A DNA stretch of 60,675 nt, filler included, from Sluysia triapertura (lineage: Eukaryota), in assembly GCA_046118255.1 (NCBI GenBank). It is 4 parts of 4 records of this genome, joined end to end, with 100 filler letters (N's around TTAATTAATTAA, not from the genome) between each part and the next. Parts side by side here need not be neighbours in the genome. Positions count along the whole stretch, not along the records: positions 28,957 to 42,772 come from JBJNIA010017857.1; positions 42,873 to 60,675 come from JBJNIA010185168.1; 2 more parts are not named here. One strand, 5' to 3'. Below are positions 37,615 to 50,943 of the stretch, in pieces. The position numbers were made by a program, and so were the translations under genes. Numbering within the stretch: position 1 is the stretch's first letter; every line of letters begins with the position of its first letter. Below the pieces are notes generated by a model, which made no database searches, had not been told where the DNA came from, and saw only the letters and a program-made list of their open reading frames with translations.

Positions 37615-38970
37615 TAGGGTTTCCAATACCGGACCAAAAATTCAATACCTGGATACCGGTTTTAATCGTGGTATTTGATATTATAAAGAAGTCTAAGCCT
37701 TACTGTGTTTTGTTGTTTAATTTGCTTATTTTTAATGAAAAATAAAATGTTACAAACAATTTTTACATATTTTATATAATAACAATAAAATGAAAAATAT
37801 TAAACTGCAACAGATCTTTATTTCTTTGAATCAGGAAAAATTGTTGTACAATTATTGCATATTTTTAAAAAGCGATCTTAGAAAACACAACACATCAACT
37901 GTATTTTCATTAAGCCTGGAGCGTGGTTTAGTGCAAAAATTGCCAGCAGTCGAAAAAGCTCTTTCAGTTTCTACACTAGTTGGGGGAATGGTTAACAATA
38001 CACGACATACCTTTTCTAAATATTTATCTCAAAATCCATCATGTAAAACAAGTCTACTTCTCTCTGGATGGTTGTCCATATATCTAATCTAAGAATTGTA
38101 TATATTTTGTTAATAATCACTAATTCTAACCTTTCCTTTGCTGTCATTCTCGTTCTCTATATCTTTATCGATTTCTTCTGAATGACTACAATTATCCGGT
38201 TAAAATTTTTCAATTAAATTTTCTAAAAAATTGATTAAATTTGAGATTTTAAATATTTTCCTATCATTTTCATTTTTGTAATTATTGTAATTGTGTAGAT
38301 ACAGTAAAATATCTTCTATTTCAGTGTTCTTTTCTTCTATCCGATTCTTTAAAGCCATATATAATTCAAATGATATTGTGTATGTTTTTCCCTTAGTGAT
38401 TGTAACATAAAATTAATTGTTGCATTTGCTGTCAATAGATTGGCACGCTACGGCATAATACCTCCACAGCTGGTTTCGCGGGAAATAAAGCTTGGGAAAA
38501 ATCAATAAGCAAATTCAAATCAATAATTGTTTTTTTTAATTTAATTTTTTAGTTTCAAATAAACTATTCCAACGTGTTTTAGAGTCTAATGACAACATAT
38601 ACTCTGTTCTATATTCTGTAAGTACGTATTTCTGCAGCAGTGCATTTTTAGTGCGGGAACGATTAAATATTTTGACGATTTTTCGATTTTATCAATTACG
38701 ACTTGCAAATCTTTTTAAAGTGTTTTATGATTATATATATATATATTGTCGTTATAAGTACAATTTTTTGCACCGATAAAAATATCTAACATAGATGACG
38801 CACGATATTTCTTCCTTCTTGATCACGCGAAATGTTTTATACAATTTAACTAAAATCTCCTTAAAAAGTTTCTGCTGATACCGAAAACCAGTATTTTGAA
38901 GATGTGAATACAGGTATTACGAAATTGAAAAAAAGTGCGGTATCTCGGGATCCCGGTATTGGAAACCCTA
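37615..38970 (-). mobile_element. hAT DNA transposon, internally deleted, with both TIRs, in an intron
   Basis: Perfect 18-bp TIRs TAGGGTTTCCAATACCGG / CCGGTATTGGAAACCCTA. Degenerate 8-bp TSD ttgataaa / gtgacaaa. The minus strand encodes the hAT dimerisation domain LLTIPPTSVETERAFSTAGNFCTKPRSRLNENTVDVLCFLRS and AVEVLCR..ANLLTANATINFML. Confidence 0.93.
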
Positions 38971-39479
38971 GTGACAAATCTTTGAAAAATACACTTACTT
39001 CTAAATTTTATATCGGTTTATTGATTAAAATCTGAAAAATAGAATTAATTCTATTATTTATGAATTCTTATATTAAACTGCCACCTGTTAATAATTTAGT
39101 CAGTTTTTGACATTTAATTTTATTAATTACTTTTTTCCTTGTGATATTATTATTATTATCATTATTATCATCATTATTATTATTAAACCAACAATTTATA
39201 TCAAACTCTTCATGCATTGTGTTCATTAATTAATTTATTCTAATACATCATTTCAGAGTAATAATTTTATTTAATTCATAATTCCTGGAATCTTGGCTTT
39301 TCAAATAAATTTGATTTCATAATGTTAAAAATGAAACATTAAACTTTGTAATATTTGAAATTGTAAATTATTAGAGATTTTTACTATATCTATAAGGTGA
39401 TTTATTTTGAAATAACTGTAGTTTATAATTTAAATATAATTTATACGTTTAATAAATATAAATAATAAATTCAACATAG

Positions 39480-40001
39480 TCACCATCATTCGCCACCAGT
39501 TTTTCAAGTCAACCAGGAATCGATTTCACAAGAAACTCTTGCAGGATGAAAGCCATAACTTCACGTATTCGCCCTTTTATGTTCTTTCAAAGTTCTTGGT
39601 TTGATTGAGTAGACTTGCTCTTTCAACCAACCCCAGAGAAAAAAGTCGCATGGTGTTAAGTCAGGATCTGACCCATTCAGTCATTCACGAAAAATAATAG
39701 CAAAGTGTGGAGGAGCTGCATCTTACATGAAAATCAAATCTACAATTGTGACGGTTCACAAGCCCTCCTATGTGATATATACAGAGAGAATTGCTCCCGA
39801 GAATTGTTTTTGTTCGGTTTCGAAATTTCAAACAAATTAATTAAAACAAATTCACAAAACAGATCTAAAAAGAAAACATAGAGAGCATAGATTAAATTTC
39901 ATACATTAAGTAAGATATACACGGAAGTTGAGAAACATATTACGGCATTTGAATTGAATTGTGGTATTTTAAAATAGGGAGTTTCTTTTCAATCACTCTG
40001 T
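39480..40001 (-). mobile_element. Tc1/mariner superfamily (DD41D/DD37D-like) deleted element
   Basis: IFM*DAAPPHFA (QDGAPPH motif) and PDLTPCDFFLWGWLK; terminal cagagtgattgaaaagaaac near 40000. Confidence 0.8.
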
Positions 40002-40187
40002 CTTTACTTCAGTATGAAGGAATGATTTATTAGTAGCTTCAATTTATAAATTTTAAAATAGAAAATATTCTTAAAACAAATGTGTGCTTATTAACCAATA
40101 GGATGCGTTTTTCAAATGAGACGTTAAACAATATTTCCTTTTTATAATATTTTTTATATCTTTTATATTTTATATGTTTAAAATTAG

Positions 40188-41504
40188 ATAAAAACAGAAG
40201 AAAATCAAAAGATGATACAACAGTGCAACTTTTTACAAGATTGCCTCGCCAATACCAATGTTGATTACATTTCTCATCACATAATCAATCTAGATTTTAT
40301 TACCCAACAACAAAACACGATGAAGTCGGATCTTCAACAAAACATTCAACACAAACTCGAACAAATCCATCAACAATCGAATCAGCTGTACACAAAATGG
40401 TGCCAATTGGATCGTTATGAAATGCTCATTATAGAAACTGAATTGGAATTGGATAATTACTTTAACGAATCAAAACCGTTAATTTTCGGTACTCTTAATT
40501 GTCTTAAGGTGCATCAACAAAATTTGTTTGATAATGAACGAAAATTATTCGAAATCGATTCTGGCTTATTTGATCAATTTGAGAAATGTAAAGCTGGTAT
40601 TGAAGATAGTTTGAGAGCGAATCAAAACGAACCACAGCAAAATATTAAAATAATAAGTGCCAATTTACCGGATCGTGCCGAATTGCAAGACAAAGTATTG
40701 AACTATAACAAAGAATTGCTACTATTGATCCAAAATTGGGGAAAGTATGAAGAAGTTTGCAGAAAAATTAATGAAAATCTTTCTCAGTGTGACGATGACT
40801 TAATAAAATGTTATCGTCGCAAGAAACTTCAGAAATATCATCATCAAAATAAAGATTTGATTCTGAAATTGGACAAGGAAATAAAATCAAATGAAAGTTT
40901 ATTGAAAGTATTGCAGGAACGAGCTAATTGTATTGTCGAATATTTGGATTCATTTAGTGTACAGAAATTGAACAATCAAGCGGTTTTGTTTACTCATCGA
41001 ATAATGAAAATTAAGCGATTGATTGACGGTTTACGAAAACGAACACAGAAATTGGAAACTGATCTGAAGATATTTGATGATTGCAGACTTCGACTAAATA
41101 AATTACTTACTGACAACTCTCAACAGTTGCACGTGGGAATGGAAATGATGGCGACGACAAGTCAGTTGTGTGTCGATGAAGGAGTCGCTTTGTGGAATTT
41201 GGTTGAAACTAGAAGAGATTTGTTGAAAATGAGGAATATTCTGTCAAGTGGTTGTTGCTATTCGTCAGAAATGCAAGAACAGTTGAAAAATATTGAAGAA
41301 AAACGTGTGGAATTGGTGCGGAAAAGTTGTTTTATGATGGCAAATAAAGAGAAAACACTTTGTCAATACATGACGTTTGATGACTTGTGCACAAGAATTT
41401 TGGATTTAATGGAAATAGTAGAACGAAAATTAAATCAAACTACTGAGCAAGAATTCAATAAAAAGTCGATTGTGCGAATTATGGATCAACTGGAAGTTTG
41501 TGAA
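40188..41504 (+). CDS. Spectrin-repeat protein, large exon
   Basis: ttag acceptor phase 0 joins 36813 in frame. LYTKWCQLDRY, LIQNWGKYEEVCRKINENL and YMTFDDLCTRILDLM are spectrin-repeat junction patterns. In-frame donors after 41495 (GTTTGT) or 41504 (GTATGT). Confidence 0.82.
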
Positions 41505-41544
41505 GTATGTTTGTTTATTTATTTATCTTTTATTACTATTTTAG

Positions 41545-41972
41545 TATCTTCAATTATTAATTAAAACAAAAGAACCGTGCATGACAAGTTTAGTGCAACA
41601 CGGTAAACTGGTGCAACATCCTAAACAACACTTGGATCATGTATCGCAAAATTTATTGTCGCTGCAGCACCATTGGTCCCAAGTAGTCCAATCAGTAGCC
41701 AGTACTAGAGTGCAATTAGATCTTCAATTAAACCAGTGTCAAAACATGTGGAATCAAATCCAGCAGTTGTCCAGTTGGTTGTATGACTGTTCTTCACACA
41801 GTGCAGATTTAGAAGCCCGAGTTTGTTCTGTGGATGAAATGAAACGATTAGTTACACGAACTTTACCAGTTTTGGATGCCGACATTGAAAATCATCGAGC
41901 TATTTTGGAGAATTGTCAAAAATTAGCAGCTAATGTTTCTTTTCAATTTAGAGGATCTCCGGAGCAAGAAAG
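41545..41972 (+). CDS. Spectrin-repeat protein exon
   Basis: YLQLLIKTKEPCMTSLVQHG...LQHHWSQVVQSV...IQQLSSWLYDC. Acceptor ttttag phase 0; donor AG|GTTAAT phase 2. Confidence 0.82.
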
Positions 41973-42441
41973 GTTAATCTATTTTGATTTTTTGATGTAC
42001 AAAATATTATGAAAAAGTTTGATATTCGTTTTTTCAAAGCAATCATTAATTATTATAGCCTATCTCACGCGTTTCAATCCAGAATTAGCATCGTCCTCAT
42101 CATTCAGTGAATGTATCTTGTTTCAACTCAAAGTATCTGTGTTAGGGTTCACGATAAGATAAATATTTGAATTTGTTTTGTTTATTAGCAACAGAAATTA
42201 TTTCAATGATCAATAAAAAATGATTAAAAAGGAAAACTGGATGACTATTTATTATTATTTTTCTTTTTGCCTTTCTGTTTGAAATTGATGATAAACATGT
42301 TTTTTTGGATCCAGGAATATTTTAATACACATCATAAAATTACATTAAATCAAATTTTTCAAATTTTATAAGCGTCAAATTATTTTCATACTTAAATTCG
42401 TTTTCAATTATTTCTTTGTTATTTTAACAATTAAATTTCAG

Positions 42442-42658
42442 AATTAAAACAGCAATGATGCACTTAGAAGATGAATGGACCAAAACGATGCAGGTTATTA
42501 AAGAAAGACGTAATGCGTTAACCAACCAATTGACGAATTGGAAAAATGTGGACACAAATTTGGAGGACATAACTTCATGGACGGACGAAATAGCGTCGTT
42601 TACAACTCGTGATTTGGCAAAATTGGAACATCTGCGAAACGCACGTCATGACATTGAT
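42442..42658 (+). CDS. Spectrin-repeat protein exon
   Basis: Phase-2 acceptor tttcag. IKTAMMHLEDEWTKTMQVIKERRNALTNQLTNWKNVDTNLEDITSWTDE is a typical nesprin-type repeat junction. Donor GAT|GTAAGT. A further exon may begin at 42743 and run into the spacer. Confidence 0.85.
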
Positions 42659-42772
42659 GTAAGTTAGATGGTGTGCACATTTCACTCGTCGATTGGCGAA
42701 ATGAAAAATGATTTTAAAATCTATTAATAATTATTAATTTAGAATTTAAAGTACGAAACAGAATATATATAT

Positions 42773-42872
42773 NNNNNNNNNNNNNNNNNNNNNNNNNNNN
42801 NNNNNNNNNNNNNNNNTTAATTAATTAANNNNNNNNNNNNNNNNNNNNNNNNNNNNNNNNNNNNNNNNNNNN
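42773..42872. other. Artificial contig spacer N44-TTAATTAATTAA-N44
   Basis: Identical to the other two spacers. Confidence 0.97.
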
Positions 42873-45800
42873 AGATAAAGGTTAAAGACTGAAACAGATT
42901 TTCACATTGGTGTATAAGTTATAAAATTATAAATTATATATATAAATATATTATTACACTAGCATTATCCTAACAAAATAAAAAGTAGCAAGTTAATCCT
43001 TAAATTATGGTAAGAACAAAAACCTTACCACAATATAATTTAATATTTTTTGAGTAGATATTAAATAGTCTTCTACAAAAAGGAGATGTAAGTAATAATA
43101 ATTAAATTATGATAATATTGAGTGTGATTCTAAGGCAATCAACTTAACCAAATTTTGATATCACCGAATATACCAAAGAATTTTATCGTAGACTCTAAAT
43201 AAATTTAAATTCCATAAAATAACTTGCAGTGACTGTAGAACACTCAAAAATCGTTTTTTTCTTATTTTTGTGATTGTTTAATTTTTAAGTTGATATTTAA
43301 TTAAGAAGTACCCATTAATACAAGCATTTTCATTATTTCCAACAACGATTATCTTTTTCAAGAAAATAATTATCAGAAATAATTATTTTTATTGTTATTA
43401 TTATTATTAAAGGTATGCGTCATCATCGTGAAAAACCAGAAATCACATATATTGAAACTGCTTTATTAAGGCCTCAAAAAACAACAAAAGATCACCTTCA
43501 AAAAATACACCAGAAGAATATGCAAAGCAAGATCACGAGGATTTTTATTACACCGATAAAATTACAAATAAATATTAACGTATTACAAATAAATTCCTTT
43601 AAAATGTATATTGCACTTACTTCTGCGGATATTTAATTTATAACACAAATATATTAAGAAAACTTTTGAAAAATTAAGAAATATTCTCATAAACTTCAAG
43701 TAACACCTTTAAATAACAGGTGTAAGTCATAAACTATTACATGAATAAGAAAAAAGAAGATAATAATTCATTACACATAACAGATAAAACTAGGTTGTCA
43801 ATAAAATGAGGAATATCTTCTGACAAATTAATAGTTAAAAGGTATGTAAAAAATGAATATAAGATCCAATATATGTAGATTATTATTGAATTAGACGGAA
43901 ATTAATTATAATTATTTAATATAAATTAAATTAAAATGGGCTTAAATTATGTATAGGAAAAAATAGTAGATAAACATTAGAATTTTGAGCATTACATACA
44001 TTTGAAAAATAACTTTAATTTTTTTAAATATTTTATTAATTGTGGCAATTTTCATTTGTTATTTTTAAATATTATTTATCTTATGTGTATTTTAATAAAT
44101 AATTTGTAAATTTAGAACATATGTGAATTTTAGACTAGAACTAATATTTCGTACTTCTAGCTACATCAAGCTCAAGTCGAGTTAAAAACAACGTATTATA
44201 AGTAATAATCATAAAGTTTAAATTTTGATAATTTTTTCGTAAAAATAGCAATATATAATTGTGCTATAAGATAAAAGAGTAAAGACAATTAAAATTAAAA
44301 TTTTTACTAAAATCTTAAAGTAAAAGTTATATAAGAATGACTATATTTAATCGTTATTAGGTCTGGAATTTAAGAAATTATTATTTTAAAACTGAAACCT
44401 ACTAAACATTATGTATTATACATAATACATTACATATTATTGTATTATACATTATTGTGCATGTTATTCTACAATTTAAAGACTATAGATACACTTACTT
44501 CACTTTTAAAGTGTGATTTAATAAATTTGGCTCGAACAATATTAAAATAAAAGCGTTTTAAACGTTAGCATTGTTTCTTGTCTATGAACAAAAGGCTTAA
44601 AGTATTTAGATTTACTTTGATTGAACTTATTTTTGGTCTTAAACTTAAACTTTTTTAAGTTTAAATAATTGGTTGTTCAATCGATAATTTATTATAATCA
44701 ATCAAAATTAGTATCCTAAATTTAGGACTTTGTTAAATATATCAGATTATCTTGTATTGGGGCTTAAAAGTTAAATTTAATATTAAAATGAAATTTAATT
44801 AATTTGTTGTGTATTCGTTTTTTTTTGAAAATATTTATTCTAAATCACAACTAATTTAGACAAAAAATTAATATTTATTAATATTTAATTAATGTTTATT
44901 ATAATATTAAACAATAAAATTTCATTTTGAAAATAAATTCTAGAAACATTAATTTAAGTGCATAATTAATTAATATAATACTTTAGTTAAATACAATAAT
45001 TTATGTGTATTATTTTATTAACAAATTGTCACAAATTAACGAATTGAATTTTTACGATTTACTACTAATAAAATTCAAAACATAAATTTTTTCTTATATT
45101 CAAATTTATTGACTACCAATAAATTGACATATATTAAGTTTAATAAGTAATTGTATTTTCGAAACTAAACAAAAACATAATTTGAATAAAATATCATCAT
45201 TGAATTTACTGGTGAACATAAAATGAAAATAACTGTAATTTAATAATCATTTAATAAATATGTCATATCTTTCATCTTACGTATCAATTTTCATATTTAG
45301 TTATTATTATTATTATTTTTATTTTTGTTACTATTAATACGATAGAATCAGATGGAAGTGAAATACAATAATTTAGATTATTTTTATTAGTGATTTAAAT
45401 ATTGATTAAATTTTTGCTGAGTGAAAATTAAATTAAAATTAATTAATCTATTTTAAATAAAATTACGTATTTTCAATATACTTTTAAGATATAACAATTT
45501 AAGCAGAAGCTAGGTGATAAGTTATATACCTTTCAGTAAGATTATAAAATAATTAAGAAGACCAAATTCATTCTATTTCAGAAGTACTATAATAATAGAT
45601 TTATTTTAAGTGCTTTTCACTATTTTTTATTACGAATATTACACAATATAAATTATATATATTATCAGCATCATTAATCACAATAATTCTAATAGTTTCT
45701 TTGGCTTTATTATTTCTTCAATAAGTTCTTGATATTTAAAATAAAAATTGAAAAAACAATTTCAGTAGAAAAATAAATTCAGTTGTTAATCAAACAAATT

Positions 45801-45959
45801 CGTAAAATTGAATTATAAGAATTAATCAATAATTAGTTTTTTAATCAAGCAAATTTTTGACACAGTTAATAATTGGACTAATTAAAATTAAATTACGAAG
45901 AATCAATTACTAATTTAAATATTTAAAAAGTCAAATGTTTTAGCAAGAGTAATTTTTTT

Positions 45960-46125
45960 CGAGTAAGAAATTCTTTTACAATATCATATCTTAAAGAAAT
46001 ACATTGGTTACCAATAAAAGCAAGAATAGAAAACCAAAATTATGGAAGTTTTGAATATTTTCTGAAAGTAATAAAAATTTGCAGAAACTGAAATAAATAG
46101 CTAAGGTATATGATTGGTTATATAC
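45960..46125 (+). mobile_element. Short decayed fragment of the same L2/CR1 LINE family
   Basis: atatcttaaagaaatacattggttaccaataaaagcaagaatagaa (LKEIHWLPIKARIE). A further scrap, aagctaggtgataagttatatacc, lies at ~45507-45530. Confidence 0.7.
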
Positions 46126-46369
46126 CGTTTATATTTCTAAAATCTGTATCATATTATTAAATGAAAATTAAATTACAATTAGATTTTATCCACTCTAATT
46201 AAAATAAAATGTTGAAAAATTTTGGGATATTTTACTATATAATGTAATCTTTAGGGTGGACTGAAAAAGAAGTATTTAAAATTGTCATTATATTTAAAAG
46301 GTTGTGTATTTAAGTTTATTTAAACGAAGTACCTACGATTTTTAAAGAAATTTAAAGAAATATATACGA

Positions 46370-46851
46370 GTTGTACTGAATTTCATATAGAAAGTTGAAA
46401 AAATTACAATTAATAATTAATCAAACAGCAATGCTAATTCTCCAAGTTGGAAGAAGATCTCATGTAATATCTTATCTTAAAGAATTACATTGGTTGCCAA
46501 TAAAAGCAGAAATAGAATTCAAAATCATGACAGTAATTTAAAAATGCTTACATTACGAAAGTATGTGATATCTTTTAGAAATTATACGAAAAATGGAAAA
46601 CAAGATGAATATTTCATTGAGACATGATAATCTATACAGAATCCACAGTGATAACAAGCTAGGTGATAGGTTGTATACCGTTTATGCTTCAAAAATATAC
46701 AACCAGTTAACAGATAATGTCAAATTATTGGAAGATTATGAAATATTTAAGAAAAAGGCAAAGTTCTTTCTGTTTCGGAAATATTATTGTGAATGATTTA
46801 CCTTGAGCGCTTTTTAGTACTTACAGAGTAGATATGAGCGCAATATAAATT

Positions 46852-46887
<36 letters not shown>
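46370..46887 (+). mobile_element. L2/CR1-clade LINE 3' end with (TA)n tail (copy C)
   Basis: RRSHVISYLKELHWLPIKAEIEFKI...GDRLYTVYASKIYNQLTDNVK. The 3' UTR gagcgct...gagcgcaatataaat is nearly identical to copy B. Confidence 0.9.
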
Positions 46888-46891
<4 letters not shown>

Positions 46892-47739
46892 CAATTTAAT
46901 AGTACAACGCTTTTTGGTTCTAAATATCGAGTACAAATAATTTCAAATCGAATAATGTTTTTAAAAGTGTATATTTTCGCAATTTTAATCACATACTCAT
47001 TATTCATTTATATATTTTGTGTGAAATAATCAAAGTATAATTTATGTTATTTGTAATATATATTTTATTTTATATCATATTTTATTTTATTTTATATATT
47101 TTATTTTTAATTATCTATAAACAAATTGCCTTAGAAAATTGTTTCTTGTATTATATTATTGGAAATAGATACAGAGTGCACATATAGAAGTTAATGATAG
47201 ATCAGTTAGTAGAAAGTACGTCTTGAAAATGAAAGTAATTTATCTTTTAAAGATGTAACAGAGTTTCGATATCTTACAAAATTCAAACATGCATAGAGTG
47301 CTCCCAAAAACACATACATTTTGAAAAATAAGAATAAACTAAAATTCGTTTAATTTTCTACATCATATTGTGAAGCAAACACATACGAAACAATTTCTTT
47401 GGTACTTGTGTACATTCACGTTCATTGGCACTGTTTTACAGTGTAGACTATGTCTTTAGATATCCCTGTGTTAGTCTGTAGTTCAATATTTTATCTTTTA
47501 TAACTTTGTTACAGAATGATATTTAACTTTTTATAAACTTAAGGACTTAAGGTCCGAAATTAAATTGTCAAGTTTAGAAAATGTACCACTAAAATTGGGC
47601 TTAAGGTCTGCTGTTAATATTAAAAAATAGGAGGAATGAAAATTTTTCATTTATTGTTTGAAAATCAACAACTAAACAAACAGTGAAACATAAATAGTGA
47701 CATAAATTATACCACAATTCAAATCTTGCTTGATAGTTT

Positions 47740-48080
47740 CAAAGTCCCAAATCAGAAAGTCCCAAGAAATTACACATCGGCCACAAGCAGACAAAAATAT
47801 CTAACTTCAACTTCTTTTAAATCTGTCTTATTATGAAATGTATCATACCATGATTGAATCAAACGCATAATTCTATCGCGAACAGATAAAATTAGATTTT
47901 CAAATCCTTGTAATAAATTTCTTGTATAAATGAAAGTAATGCGTACAATCTTCAAGACGCATCAGTGAATATAACATAACAATGTTGTTTTTATTTATTC
48001 GAAGTGAATTCGGTACTGGAACAGCATGTTTAGTATTCTAAATTCCCTTATTCGAAGCATATCTGGCACTATCTTCTCTT
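47740..48080 (-). pseudogene. TOM1-like VHS-domain pseudogene fragment
   Basis: SVRDRIMRLIQSWYDTFHNKTDLKEVEVRY resembles the remembered TOM1 VHS [29 protein letters not shown]. Flanking frames contain stops and a small duplication (aaagtcccaa twice). Confidence 0.6.
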
Positions 48081-50790
48081 ATTTTTTAAACAAATTTTAA
48101 TACACAAAGCCACATAAAAATTTTTATATAAATATATAATTTACATATCACATAAAATTAAAAGTGATTTTCTAAAAATTCAAATATTTCAAATTGGTAA
48201 AATTTTATAAAAAATCTTTTGAAAAGTTATAAATTGTCTTAAGTTAAAAAAGATAAAGTTTAGCCTGAGAGTTTTAAGAGTTCTCTTTGTAACGATTTTG
48301 ATAGAATTAGCTTTAAAAATCAAAATAAATAATTGTCATGACTTTAGTATTAATGGTTTTAATGTGAGATTTATTAGTGGTGTTAGATATAATGAGGTGC
48401 TAATTTATGGATGAATTCTGTATGAATTTATGTATGTAAATGTCAATAAAATTACTGTAGATGGCTGGGACACCACAATTCCAATAAGAAAAGTTTTGTA
48501 GTGAACATGGATAATATTCACCGAAACCTCTTTGACACATCGATGAAAACAAAGTTGAAACAAATGAAAATATAATACAATAAGAAATGTAAAATCAGTG
48601 GTTGGTCTAAGTATTTTTTATAATTCAAATAATACTAGTACAACTATTTCAAATGCTTACGCAGAATAGGTACGCGATCTATTCTGGAAATTATTTCGAA
48701 GCAAAACCGAAGTAATACTTATATCATTTGTACACAAAAAATTTAAAATATATTAATTCTCTTATGTAAATTTCTATTTCAAAAAAATTCGCTTTTCTAA
48801 AATTTTTGTGAGAAATAAGAAACCAAAAGATTGCATAGAATGGTAGCTTTTCAGGCACCAGTCCTTTTATGTTTACATTCTTGAATTATTGTTCGAATTA
48901 ACTTTACTATTTCATCGCATCTTGCAGTTTAGTTATTTTGATGCTGCATACTCATTTTATTGATTCTTACTTCGTCATTATAGAGTTAAAAGGTTTTTAT
49001 ATCAGTCAAATCAACTGATAATTATATTTGACCTTGACACATCATTAGATGATGATATAGATCGTAGAATTGCAATCTCTATTGAGTCATCTCTATATTT
49101 TGAAATTTGCCATTTTGATAATCGCATTTTTTAAATATTTTTATTCTAGATAAACCCAAAATAAACCACGAAATAAATATTAGTGGTTAACAATTAATTT
49201 ATTAATAAATAAAATAATTTAAAATAGTTTGCTTTAAATTATGTTCAATTAAAATAATTGATTATGTATTTCATGTTATGTTAGTTTTACATTATATCAC
49301 GCATAGTACCTAAATCTTAAATTGTTTAGTATTCATTTTAATATTTTTATAATTTCTTCTGATAGAAATTAAAAATAAAACATTAACTAAGCAAAAGAAA
49401 CTAATGAAAACAAAACAGATACAAAATACGAAATTAAATACACCTAGTGAATGTTTGGGTAAGTCATTTATAGATGAATATGAACCTTAGAAACACAATC
49501 AAATATTAATAAAGTTAATAGTACAAAATAATGCAAATTTAGTAGATAAAATAGATATTTAGAAAAGTATCATTAATTATTATTTTATTATTTTTATGAG
49601 CTATTGATATGACGAATAATTATTTGTTTTATTTTCTTAGTATTGTTTAGTTTTATATATTCAATTTAAATGTGAAAAATTACTTGCACTGTTAATTTGA
49701 CAAGAATGAAATTACAAACTTTAACAGTTTATTATCTAACATCGACTTAATATTTTACCGCTATAATTTTTTATTGGAAAATTACATATCTTCCCTGCTT
49801 AAAAAAATCATTAACGATCTGATATGTTTCAAAACTTTCCCTAATTCTACTTTTGATTTTAACTAAATTTATAATATTTTTTGATATTTAACATATTTAA
49901 AAATTAAAATAAAATAATGCTATTAAATATTTTTGTCTCTAATTTGTTATCTAATTCTTTGTCTTGACTTGCTTTAACACTTATCTGGAATTGTTCGTAG
50001 ATGGAACGATGGAAGTGCAAAAATTTGATTTCCTAGACTCTAAACACTTAAAAGCATTAAAGTTGAATTGTCTGAACTCTAAATACCTTTCCTTAATTAA
50101 TAAACGCTGAATTTACGCAAAATTATTAACGTCGTAAATAAAATAGTTTATACACCAAAATATGAAATACTCGTAATTATCTTATGTCGTAAATATTGCT
50201 CTAATAAAAAAGTAACCAAATTAACAAATATTATCACATATCGTTAAGAGTTAATCAATTAAGTAGTTAATTTTAAAAGTGAGTACTTTTTTTCTTCTTT
50301 GGATTGAATACATTTTCGAACTTGACTTCTTAAAATAATTGATAAATGAATTATCGACTAAGATGTTTCTCTGTTTATATCCATTTGGCAATGTTGTATA
50401 ATTGTCTATAACTGTCATAATTACTTTTTGAATAGATTATTATTCTGTGAAATGCGTTTGTAATTACTTTTTTCCATTAAATTATTCTGTCTAATTACTT
50501 ATTTAATTGAAAATCCATTAAGATCCATTAGGTAAATATTTCTTCTTTCTTCAATCCATTAGGCATTAATTACTTTTCTTTAAAATCCATTAGATAATTA
50601 ACTATTTTTATTTTCTTTAAAATTTTTGTATTATCATTAAGTAATTACTTTTTTATTTAATACTTAAATTTTATATGTAAAATAATTAATTTAAATTGGA
50701 AATGAAGATTAAGCTAAATTTTATTTTATTTACATTAATTTTTTTATTTTATATATTTTATTTACAATAGTAAGTATTTGAAATTTTTAG

Positions 50791-50943
50791 GCAATTCGTT
50801 TGTTAACAGAATTATTACGAATTATAAACTTCAATATAAATGCTATAGCTGGTAATACAGAACATTCAGAAATTTTGGCATCCATTAAAACAAATATAAA
50901 ATTATGTTGTAAATTATTTACAGTATTCATTTCATTGGAAGAA
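50791..50943 (+). CDS. Helical exon, probably part of the Rif1-like gene
   Basis: tttttag ... GAA|GTACGT, 51 codons AIRLLTELLRIINFN...LFTVFISLEE. The junction to the 52149/52230 exons is not resolved. Confidence 0.55.

Noticed and set aside
37790-38092. Plus-strand 100-aa ORF as a gene; likewise 8051-8354, 11782-11994 and 36186-36407
   Set aside because: These are antisense shadows of the hAT domain, the ZSWIM8 exons and a spectrin exon.
38428-38450. TGACAG plus ATTGG motif pair as a regulatory element
   Set aside because: It lies inside the hAT transposase coding remnant (ANLLTA).
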